Shown here one piece after another: positions 25,100-32,000 of a stretch of 32,000 nucleotides of DNA (its first letter is position 1; each line of letters opens with the position of its first letter). The DNA is from Halomicrobium mukohataei DSM 12286 (GTDB taxonomy: Archaea > Halobacteriota > Halobacteria > Halobacteriales > Haloarculaceae): positions 1,110,001 through 1,142,000 of the forward strand of contig NC_013202.1 in the NCBI RefSeq assembly GCF_000023965.1. Direction: 5' to 3'. A model generated the notes under the pieces. The model was not told where the DNA came from, made no database searches, and saw only the letters and a list, made by a program, of their open reading frames with translations. The position numbers and the translations under genes were made by a program.

Positions 25100-26154
25100 T
25101 GCCGGGTGACGAAGTCGTGTTGACCCTCGAAGACGTCGAGGTTCACTTCGAGAACAAGTCGTCGCTCCTCGATTTCGGTGGTGAGTCCGAGACCGTCAGA
25201 GCCGTCGACGGCGTCTCACTCGACATCTACGAGCGCGACGTGATCGCACTGGTCGGCGAGTCGGGCTGTGGGAAGACGACGCTGGGCAAGACTTCGATCG
25301 GTCTCCAGCGACCCACCGGCGGCTCGGTGAAGTACCGGGGCGAAGACATCTGGGACATCCGTGACGGAAAGGTCGACACCGACACCGAGTGGGCCGACAT
25401 CCGCCAGTCGCTCCAGATCATCCACCAGGACCCCGGCGCGTCGCTGAACCCGAACCGCCGGCTCGTCTCGATCCTCTCGGAGCCGCTCCGACAGGTCAAC
25501 CCGAACCTCTCGAAACAGGAGAAGCGCGAACGCATCTACGCGCTCTTAGAGCGTGTGGGTATGACGCCGGCTGCCGACTTCGCCGAGCGCTACCCACACC
25601 AGCTCTCGGGCGGCGAACAACAGCGCGTGGCCCTCTGCCGGGCGCTGTTGATGAATCCGGACGTGATCTTGGCCGACGAGGCTATCAGCGCCCTGGACGT
25701 GTCGCTGCGCGTCGAGATGATGGACCTGATGCTCGACCTCCAAGAGGAGTTCGACACGTCCTACGTGTTCATCAGCCACGACCTCTCGAACGCTCGTTAC
25801 TTCACCGCCCACAGCGGCGGGCGAATCGGCGTGATGTACCTGGGACAGATCGCCGAGATCGGTCCGGCCGAGGCGATGATCCAGGATCCCCACCACCCCT
25901 ACACCAACGTCCTCCGGTGGGCGACGCCGGACCTCTCCCTGCAGGACGCGGGCGAGGTCCCGATGCGCAAGATCGACATCCCGGACCCGATCGATCCGCC
26001 GAAGGGCTGTAACTTCCAGACGCGGTGTCCAGAGGCCCGAGAGGCCTGCCGACAGGCGGACCCACAGACCTACCACGCGGAGAACCAGCGCGTCAGGTGC
26101 TTCCGCGAGGACGAGGACCACGAGTACTGGGAGAGTCCGGAGCTGACGGACTAG
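25099..26154 (+). CDS. ABC transporter ATP-binding protein (DppF/OppF-like)
   Basis: Walker A GESGCGKT, signature LSGGEQQR, Walker B ILADEAIS, and a C-terminal CNFQTRCP motif. The start is ATG 25099 (or GTG 25096) and overlaps the upstream stop. Confidence 0.93.
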   Translation: MPGDEVVLTLEDVEVHFENKSSLLDFGGESETVRAVDGVSLDIYERDVIALVGESGCGKTTLGKTSIGLQRPTGGSVKYRGEDIWDIRDGKVDTDTEWADIRQSLQIIHQDPGASLNPNRRLVSILSEPLRQVNPNLSKQEKRERIYALLERVGMTPAADFAERYPHQLSGGEQQRVALCRALLMNPDVILADEAISALDVSLRVEMMDLMLDLQEEFDTSYVFISHDLSNARYFTAHSGGRIGVMYLGQIAEIGPAEAMIQDPHHPYTNVLRWATPDLSLQDAGEVPMRKIDIPDPIDPPKGCNFQTRCPEAREACRQADPQTYHAENQRVRCFREDEDHEYWESPELTD

Positions 26155-26236
26155 TCCTGCCCACGGTCCGTCGGGAACGTCGCCGCCACGGTCGTGAGAC
26201 GGTGACGGCTGACAGTAGCAGCGGCCCGCCCGTTCG

Positions 26237-26244
26237 TTTTTCTT
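26237..26244 (+). terminator. oligo-T tract, possible archaeal terminator of the ABC operon
   Basis: TTTTTCTT lies 83 nt downstream of the last ATPase stop. Archaeal termination commonly uses T-runs. This is the only such run in the spacer. Confidence 0.3.
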
Positions 26245-26310
26245 CGACACCCTGAGCTGACGCCAGTGGACAGAGCAAGACTCTTGTCCACTCACCGGTA
26301 GTACACGTCC

Positions 26311-26547
26311 ATGGCGCGTTTCGAGGCCTTCTGGCGGACCATGTGCGCGTACCGGTCGTACATCTGGCTCGCCGTCATGGTCCACATCTTCTTGCTCTTG
26401 CTCGCGATCTTCGGACTGGTGGTCGGGCAGCCGGGAACGGCGTCGTACACCCTCTCGATCGTCAACGTCGGCCTGCTGACGGTGTCTGGTGGGACTGCCT
26501 TCCTCGTGTTCTACACGTGTACTCGCCGCGAGAGAGAAGAGTACTAG
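26311..26547 (+). CDS. small hypothetical membrane protein (2 TM)
   Basis: 78 aa with two clear hydrophobic helices (IWLAVMVHIFLLLLAIFGLVV and LSIVNVGLLTVSGGTAFLVFY). The competing ORF 26343..26723 is Arg-rich. Confidence 0.5.
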   Translation: MARFEAFWRTMCAYRSYIWLAVMVHIFLLLLAIFGLVVGQPGTASYTLSIVNVGLLTVSGGTAFLVFYTCTRREREEY

Positions 26548-27467
26548 GCGTCGGCCTGTGCCTCGATGAAGGTCGCCGTCTCGCTGGCCAGTTCGCGCAG
26601 GTCCTCGTCACGCTGCTCGTCCTCAGCAACGTCACGAAGCGGCTCGATCGCGGCCGGCGGTGCGAGAAAGCCCAGTGCGGCGACTGCCGTACTGACCGTT
26701 GGCGTGTCCTGGTGAGCCAGTAGTTCGACGAGGGGATCGACGGCACCGTCGACGAGCGTCGGATCGTGTTCGGCGACGGACGCGACGATGTTCGCGACCG
26801 TCGTCAACACCCCCACGGCGTCGCTCTCGCTGTCGAGTACGGCGACCAGCGTCGGAATGTGGTCGGCGACCGCTTCCGGCTCGATCGACGCCAGCTCGGC
26901 GACCATGTTGGCCGTGACGACTCGCGTCGCCCACTGGCGTTTGGTCTCGTCTTCCGAGACCATCTGGTAGAACTCCTCGCGCTGGGGATCCGGCGCTTCA
27001 CCGGCCCGTCCGTCGGTGAAGTCTACTTCCGGATCCTCGATCGTTCGATCGACCAGTTGCTGGAGGTGGGGACGGTAGGCGTGTGGCATCGTCGTGATCG
27101 ACTCGCGCACGAACTGGACGGCCGCCAGCTGCAGAATCGGCGGGTCCTGATCGAGCAGGTCGACGATCGGTCCGACCGCGTCCTCGACGGCCTCGGGCGC
27201 TTCGCCGACGAGCGAGGCCAGCGCCAGCGCGCTGTGGAGCTTCACGTTCGTCCGCTCGTGTTCGAGGTTGGCGATCAACTGCGGGGCGTGTTCGACCGCT
27301 GTCGCGGGGTCGTCGTCCGCGACGGCGGCGGCGACCCGCACGGCGTGGGTGCGAACGAGGTTCGTCTCGTGTTCGAGTCCCGACCGGAGTACGTCCGCCG
27401 AGACCTCGTCGGCCGACACTGACTCGATGTCGTGTGTCAGGACACCGTGGCTAAGCGAATCACTCAT
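26544..27467 (-). CDS. HEAT-repeat (PBS-lyase-like) protein
   Basis: Repeated about 30-aa helical units with A/V/D/L periodicity (e.g. VRVAAAVADDDP, LHSALALASLVGEAPE, AVGVLTTVANIVASVAEHDP, TVSTAVAALGFLAPPAAIEPL). ATG 27467 (MSDSLSHG) is preferred; GTG 27545 is possible. Confidence 0.75.
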   Translation of the reverse strand: MSDSLSHGVLTHDIESVSADEVSADVLRSGLEHETNLVRTHAVRVAAAVADDDPATAVEHAPQLIANLEHERTNVKLHSALALASLVGEAPEAVEDAVGPIVDLLDQDPPILQLAAVQFVRESITTMPHAYRPHLQQLVDRTIEDPEVDFTDGRAGEAPDPQREEFYQMVSEDETKRQWATRVVTANMVAELASIEPEAVADHIPTLVAVLDSESDAVGVLTTVANIVASVAEHDPTLVDGAVDPLVELLAHQDTPTVSTAVAALGFLAPPAAIEPLRDVAEDEQRDEDLRELASETATFIEAQADA

Positions 27468-27909
27468 CGTCCATCGAAGGACGCCGACGCCAATAATGGT
27501 GGCGATGGGGACCGTCACCGGTTCCGTCCCGCCCGCGTTCGTCACGGGAGGACGGTCCGTACCGTCGACACGGACGCCCCCGCCACGTCACACCGCGACG
27601 GTCGGCACAGAGACGAAACAGCTCGCGTATGGTTCTGTGTTTCTGGCTGTCTCCAAACAGTAACGCGTCAGTAGCTCTTCGCTCGCCTCAACTGTGGTAT
27701 ATCGAAGCGCAAGTGGGCTATACACAGTATGCTGGGGAGAATTGCGTTCGGAGTCCGGCGTCGCGCTTCGAGAACGCGCCGTTCTCTTTTCGCAGACCGA
27801 GAACTTCGAAGCGGTCCCGAAGACGAACCTGCTCGGCGCTCTCGGATTTCGGTGTGTACTCTGTCTGATTCCTAATTACGAGAAATCGACAGTTACGTGA
27901 AGGTGATAG

Positions 27910-28788
27910 TTACCGCTGTTCCAGCTCCCGCTCCAGGTCCTGTAGTCGATCGATTCGCTGTTCCGTCGAGGGGTGCGTGCTGAACAGCTTCCCGACGAAG
28001 CCGGACTTGATCGGGATGATGAAGAAGGCGTTCATCTCGGCCTGATCGCGCATGTCCTCTTTGGGGACCTTGTCCATTCGGCCGTCGATCTTCATCAGCG
28101 CCGTCGCGAGCGCCGAGGGGTTGCCGGTGATCGACGCGCCGCCGCGATCGGCGGCGTACTCCCGGTAGCGGCTCAGCGCTCGGATGAGGAGGAACGAGAC
28201 GATCCACACCACGAGCGAGACGAGGATCGCGACCAGCACCGGCGCGCCGCCGTTGCCCCCGCGGTCCCGCCCGCCCGAGAACAGCCAGCCCCACCGGACG
28301 ACGAGGAAGGCGATCGTCGAGAGGAACGAGGCGATGGTCATCACCATCACGTCGCGGTTCTTGATGTGGGCCAGCTCGTGGGCCAGGACCCCCTCCAGTT
28401 CCTCCTGATCCAGCGTCTCCATGATACCTGTCGTCACGCAGACGGCCGAACTCTTCTTCGAGCGGCCGGTCGCGAAGGCGTTGGGGACCCGAGAGTCGGC
28501 GACGGCGACCGTCGGCTTCGGGAGGTCGGCCTGCTGGGAGAGGCGCTCGATCGAGCGATGGAGCTCCGGGTACTCGTCGGGTTCGACCTCGCGGGCACCC
28601 ATCGAGTACAGCGCCAGTTTGTCGCTGAAGAAGAACTGTCCCAGCAGGAACACGCCCATCCCCAGGATCGCGATACCGAAGAAGCGAGTCTGAGTCATCA
28701 CCGCGACGAAGACGATGTACAGCGCGAACAGCAGGAACATCGTCAGGATCATGCGAGCGCGGAGACCCCAGTCTGTTTGCCACTCCAT
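27910..28788 (-). CDS. htpX: zinc metalloprotease HtpX (peptidase M48)
   Basis: From ATG 28788 (MEWQTDWGLRARMILTMFLLFAL): HELAHIKNRD (HExxH), TM helices, and the C-terminal FSTHPSTEQRI typical of HtpX. The first 227 codons of track ORF 27910..29469 are rejected. Confidence 0.93.
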   Translation of the reverse strand: MEWQTDWGLRARMILTMFLLFALYIVFVAVMTQTRFFGIAILGMGVFLLGQFFFSDKLALYSMGAREVEPDEYPELHRSIERLSQQADLPKPTVAVADSRVPNAFATGRSKKSSAVCVTTGIMETLDQEELEGVLAHELAHIKNRDVMVMTIASFLSTIAFLVVRWGWLFSGGRDRGGNGGAPVLVAILVSLVVWIVSFLLIRALSRYREYAADRGGASITGNPSALATALMKIDGRMDKVPKEDMRDQAEMNAFFIIPIKSGFVGKLFSTHPSTEQRIDRLQDLERELEQR

Positions 28789-28935
28789 ACCCGTGCTACG
28801 AGGGTGACGAGTAAAAGGGTTGTTCGACGGAGTGCGAGTGGTTCTCAGCGCCGTCTCCCGGTTTCTGGCACGCAACGGTACCGACGGAGCCGATTCGACC
28901 ACAACTGCTTTGTTTCTGTTGGCTGTGTTATCTGT

Positions 28936-29442
28936 ATGTCGTTCACCGACGCTGCTCCCGATCGGTTCGATCGTCGCGATCTCCGCTGGGCACTGGCGTC
29001 CGTCGTCCTCGTCAACGTCGTCGGCGGCGTCCCGGCCGTGCTCGGTGGTCCGGAGTCGGCGTGGTTCGAGGGGCTGGTCGAGCCCGCGATCTATCCGCCG
29101 GGCTGGGCCTTCGGCGTCGTCTGGACGGTGCTCTTTACGCTGCTGGGCGTCGCCGTCTTCCTGGTCGCCCGCGTGGGGCTGGACGAGCGTCGCGTCCGGG
29201 TCGCACTGGGGCTGTTTGTCCTCCAGTTCGCGTTCAACGTCGCCTGGACGCCGGTCTTTTTCGCGCTCCAGCGACCGCTGGCCGCGCTCGGGGTGATCGT
29301 CGCGCTGGCGGTCCTGATCGTCCCGACGATGTGGGCCTTCGATCGCGTCGACCGCCGGGCGGCGGCGCTGCTGGTCCCCTATCTCGTCTGGGTCCTGTTC
29401 GCCGCGCTGTTGAACTACCGGTTCTGGGTACTGAACGCCTGA
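28936..29442 (+). CDS. tspO: TspO/MBR family tryptophan-rich sensory protein
   Basis: From ATG 28936: 168 aa with 5 TM helices and Trp-rich motifs (WFEGL..PPGWAFGVVWTVLF, FNVAWTPVFF, YLVWVLFAALLNYRFW). The upstream part of track ORF 27973..29442 is antisense to htpX. Confidence 0.9.
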   Translation: MSFTDAAPDRFDRRDLRWALASVVLVNVVGGVPAVLGGPESAWFEGLVEPAIYPPGWAFGVVWTVLFTLLGVAVFLVARVGLDERRVRVALGLFVLQFAFNVAWTPVFFALQRPLAALGVIVALAVLIVPTMWAFDRVDRRAAALLVPYLVWVLFAALLNYRFWVLNA

Positions 29443-29502
29443 GGATTCGGTCCCGACTCCGGAACGCACGACTTAACCGCGACAGCCACCAACGGCGTCC
29501 CA

Positions 29503-30618
29503 ATGAGTCGATCCGGAGCCTTCTGCCCGCGCTGTGGCGACGAGATACCGGACCACGAGCGCGAGCGCCCGAGCGTCGCGGGCCAGCACGACCCCGACAG
29601 CGTGCTCTGTGACGGCTGCTACTTCGAGGAGTTCGATCTCGTCGACGCGCCGGACCGCATCGAGGTCCGGGTCTGTGCCCAGTGTGGTGCCGTCCACCGG
29701 GGCAACCGCTGGGTCGACGTGGGTGCCGAGGACTACACCGACATCGCCGTCGACGAGGTCAGCGAGGCCCTGGGCGTCCACGTCGACGCCCAGTCGGTCG
29801 CCTGGCAGGTCGCGCCCGAACAGGTCGACAAGAACACGATCCGGATGCACGCGGAGTTCTCCGGAGTCATCCGGGAGACGCCGGTCACCGAGGACGTGGT
29901 CGTCCCGGTCAAGATCAGCCGCCAGACCTGCACGCGCTGTGGCAAGATCGCGGGCGGTTCGTACGCCTCGACGGTGCAGGTGCGGGCCGACGAGCGCACG
30001 CCGACCGACGACGAGGCCGACCGCGCCAAGGAGATCGCCCACGAGGTCGTCGACGAGATGGAGGCGACGGGCGACCGGGACGCCTTCGTCACCGAAATCT
30101 CCGAGCCCGAGGAGGGGGTCAACATCAAGGTCTCGACCAACAAGATCGGGATGAAAGTCGCCCGCCAGATCACGACCGAGCTGGGCGGGACGTTCACCGA
30201 CAACGAGACGCTGGTCACCGAGGATTCGGACGGCAACGAGGTGTATCGGGTCACGTACGCGATCCGGCTGCCGCGCTATCGCCCCGGCGAGGTGATCGAT
30301 CCGGCGGACGGCGACGGTCCGGTGTTGGTCCGCTCGGTGCAGGGCAACCTCAAAGGGACGCGCCTCGCGACGGGCGACCCCTTCGAAGCGTCCTTCGAGG
30401 ACGAAAACGCCCCCGACGCCCGTCGCCTGGGGAGCGACGCCGACGCCGAACGGACCACTCTCGTCGCCGTCGAGGACGAGCGTGCGGTTCAGGTACTCGA
30501 CCCCGAGACATACGAGGCCAAGACGATCCCCCGGCCCGACTACCTCGACACCGACGCCGACGAGGTGGCGGTCCTCAAACACCGTGAGGGGCTGCACGTC
30601 GTGCCCGACGAGAGCTGA
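29503..30618 (+). CDS. nmd3: NMD3-family protein (archaeal 60S export factor homologue)
   Basis: 371 aa with N-terminal zinc-binding Cys pairs (CPRCG, CDGCY, CAQCG, CTRCG) followed by the NMD3 body. The family was recognised from the Cys pattern and length. Confidence 0.8.
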   Translation: MSRSGAFCPRCGDEIPDHERERPSVAGQHDPDSVLCDGCYFEEFDLVDAPDRIEVRVCAQCGAVHRGNRWVDVGAEDYTDIAVDEVSEALGVHVDAQSVAWQVAPEQVDKNTIRMHAEFSGVIRETPVTEDVVVPVKISRQTCTRCGKIAGGSYASTVQVRADERTPTDDEADRAKEIAHEVVDEMEATGDRDAFVTEISEPEEGVNIKVSTNKIGMKVARQITTELGGTFTDNETLVTEDSDGNEVYRVTYAIRLPRYRPGEVIDPADGDGPVLVRSVQGNLKGTRLATGDPFEASFEDENAPDARRLGSDADAERTTLVAVEDERAVQVLDPETYEAKTIPRPDYLDTDADEVAVLKHREGLHVVPDES

Positions 30619-30703
30619 CGAGAGAGTTCGGGACGCGTCCCCGCCTGCTGTTGTCGTCCAGACAGAAGATACTTACCGGCAGACGCTGGCCCCGTTCGCA
30701 CGG

Positions 30704-31864
30704 ATGCAACGCCGCCAGTTCCTCGCCGCGACCGGCCTGACGCTTCTCGGTGGCACCACCGGCTGCGTGGGCCAGCTCTCCAGTCCGCTCGCGCCGACGA
30801 GTGACGAACCGATCACCGTCGACGAGACGTGGAATCAGCCCGGTGGCGGGCCGGGCCGCGCGTACGCCGCCGCAGGGGCCGGACCAGGCGGAGCCATCGA
30901 GTCGCGGTGGCGGTTCTCGGACGGCGACAGCCACCTCGAACCGATGGCTATCGCAGACGACACGGTGTTCGCAGCCAGCAGTCGCACCGTCGTTGCCCTC
31001 GACGCGAGCCGCGGGACGGAACGCTGGCGCGCGGCAGTCGACTCGGACGACGACTGGCTCGCCGTGGGGCCGGACCACCTCTTTCTGCCCGACGGTTGGA
31101 TCGAACGGGATCCGGGAACGGCCAGTGTGACGCCGTATCCCGAATCGTCGCCGGAACAGGACCGATTCGTCCTCCTGGAGGACCTGTTCGTCTACGTGAC
31201 AGAGGACGCGGTCGTCGCGGGGCGACCCGGTGCCGACGAGGCGCGGTGGCGGCGGCACCTCGACAGGCCCCACTCGCTGTGTGGCGTCGCCGGGCAGCTG
31301 GTCGTGGTCGCCACTGAAGTGGGGATCTACGGCCTCTCACTGACTGACGGCAGCCAGCAGTGGGCACGCGAGGACCTGTGGTCGGAGGCGAGCTTCGTCG
31401 CAGCTGCCGGGGCGGACGAGCGCGTCTACGCGACGACGTGGACGCGGGATGCGACCGTCTTCGCGCTCGACGCGGCGACCGGCGAGACGGCCTGGACGCA
31501 CGAACCACCGACACAGGTCACGCTCACGGCCGATTCGAACCACGTCGTCCTCGGCGGGCTTCCCGATGTCGAACCGATGAACCGCGTCGACGTCCTTGAC
31601 GCGGCCGGCGATCGCCAGTGGGTCGTACCCACCGACAGCAACGACACGACGGTCCACGTGCCGGTCCTCGCCGACGGCGTCGTCTACGCCGCCCACGTCG
31701 CCGACTGCTTCGCTTACGACCTGGCCAGCGGTGAGGAACTGTGGTCACTCTCGCCGGACGGTCTCTTGCCGCGTGATCTCTACCCGCTCGGCCAGCCCCT
31801 CGTCGCCGGTGACGGCCTCTTCCTCGAACAGGACGGGGCCGTGTACGGTTTCGGCCCCGCCTGA
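30704..31864 (+). CDS. PQQ-like beta-propeller repeat lipoprotein
   Basis: From ATG 30704: Tat motif QRRQFLAA, lipobox TTGC, then repeated propeller blades with a G-x-x-x-W signature (GTERWRA, GSQQWAR, GETAWTH, GEELWSL). The first 74 codons of the track ORF are rejected. Confidence 0.85.
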   Translation: MQRRQFLAATGLTLLGGTTGCVGQLSSPLAPTSDEPITVDETWNQPGGGPGRAYAAAGAGPGGAIESRWRFSDGDSHLEPMAIADDTVFAASSRTVVALDASRGTERWRAAVDSDDDWLAVGPDHLFLPDGWIERDPGTASVTPYPESSPEQDRFVLLEDLFVYVTEDAVVAGRPGADEARWRRHLDRPHSLCGVAGQLVVVATEVGIYGLSLTDGSQQWAREDLWSEASFVAAAGADERVYATTWTRDATVFALDAATGETAWTHEPPTQVTLTADSNHVVLGGLPDVEPMNRVDVLDAAGDRQWVVPTDSNDTTVHVPVLADGVVYAAHVADCFAYDLASGEELWSLSPDGLLPRDLYPLGQPLVAGDGLFLEQDGAVYGFGPA

Positions 31865-31919
31865 CGGCCGAACGGTCGACACGAAACGGGTTTCCGTCCC
31901 GACCGCCTGTCGTCCCACG

Positions 31920-32000
31920 ATGAGCGCAGACGATCGACTGGCCGTCGTCGTCGCCCGCGACCGCACCCAGACGGTCATCGACCGGCTCCGAGAACTGGAC
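31920..32000 (+). CDS. 5' end of an unidentified gene (truncated by window end)
   Basis: ATG at 31920 followed by MSADDRLAVVVARDRTQTVIDRLRELD, with GC-rich third positions and open to the window edge. It is too short to assign. Confidence 0.3.
   Translation, partial: MSADDRLAVVVARDRTQTVIDRLRELD

Noticed and set aside
27629-27900. ORFs 27629..27868(+) and 27694..27900(+) in the htpX/HEAT spacer.
   Set aside because: The products are basic, Cys/Ser/Arg-rich and without motifs, lying in a lower-GC spacer. Their lengths are compatible with chance.
30630-30641. 12-bp perfect palindrome GGGACGCGTCCC just after the NMD3 stop.
   Set aside because: It is short and GC-rich, so it is common by chance in this genome. 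It cannot form a hairpin with a viable loop, and nothing else supports a function.
15001-31864. N-terminal extensions of track ORFs 15001..17124, 16829..17905, 27910..29469, 27973..29442, 30482..31864, 1029..2246 and 950..1477.
   Set aside because: The extensions are Arg/Ser/Pro-rich, overlap neighbouring genes or promoters, and precede internal ATG/GTG codons. Those internal codons are immediately followed by typical N-termini (signal anchors, Tat motifs, family motifs).

Overview
High-GC (roughly two-thirds GC) archaeal chromosomal segment, almost certainly from a haloarchaeon (class Halobacteria). Support: acidic D/E-rich proteins, RadA, ribosomal proteins S24e/S27ae followed by a Kae1-Bud32 fusion, an archaeal NMD3 homologue, Tat/lipobox lipoproteins and leaderless-type TATA spacing. 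I call 36 protein-coding genes, nearly all core or housekeeping: AKR, NadE-like, USP, RdgB/HAM1, SDR, MBL hydrolase, DUF99, TrkA, RadA, a five-gene Dpp/Opp-type ABC transporter, HEAT-repeat protein, HtpX, TspO, NMD3 and a PQQ-like beta-propeller. I could not recognise any rRNA, tRNA, CRISPR array, cas gene, transposase, integrase or known defence gene. Most of the very long ORFs in the six-frame track are Arg/Pro/Ser-rich shadows of real genes, caused by the high GC; several real genes had to be trimmed to internal starts. I do not see a convincing novel multi-gene protein system. The features that ordinary annotation does not explain are mainly non-coding: (1) a ~2-kb GC-depleted, ORF-poor island (17.9-19.9 kb) between divergent core genes; (2) a perfect 69-bp tandem repeat (about 3.7 copies) wedged between rdgB and an SDR gene; (3) a NadE paralogue whose PP-loop and substrate motifs are degenerate; (4) a 520-bp spacer with nested hairpins; (5) a PIN-like gene preceded by an overlapping coding-like frame with no canonical start; (6) an 11-nt motif in inverted copies flanking radA. 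All family names come from motif recognition by eye. No database search, HMM or folding calculation was run.
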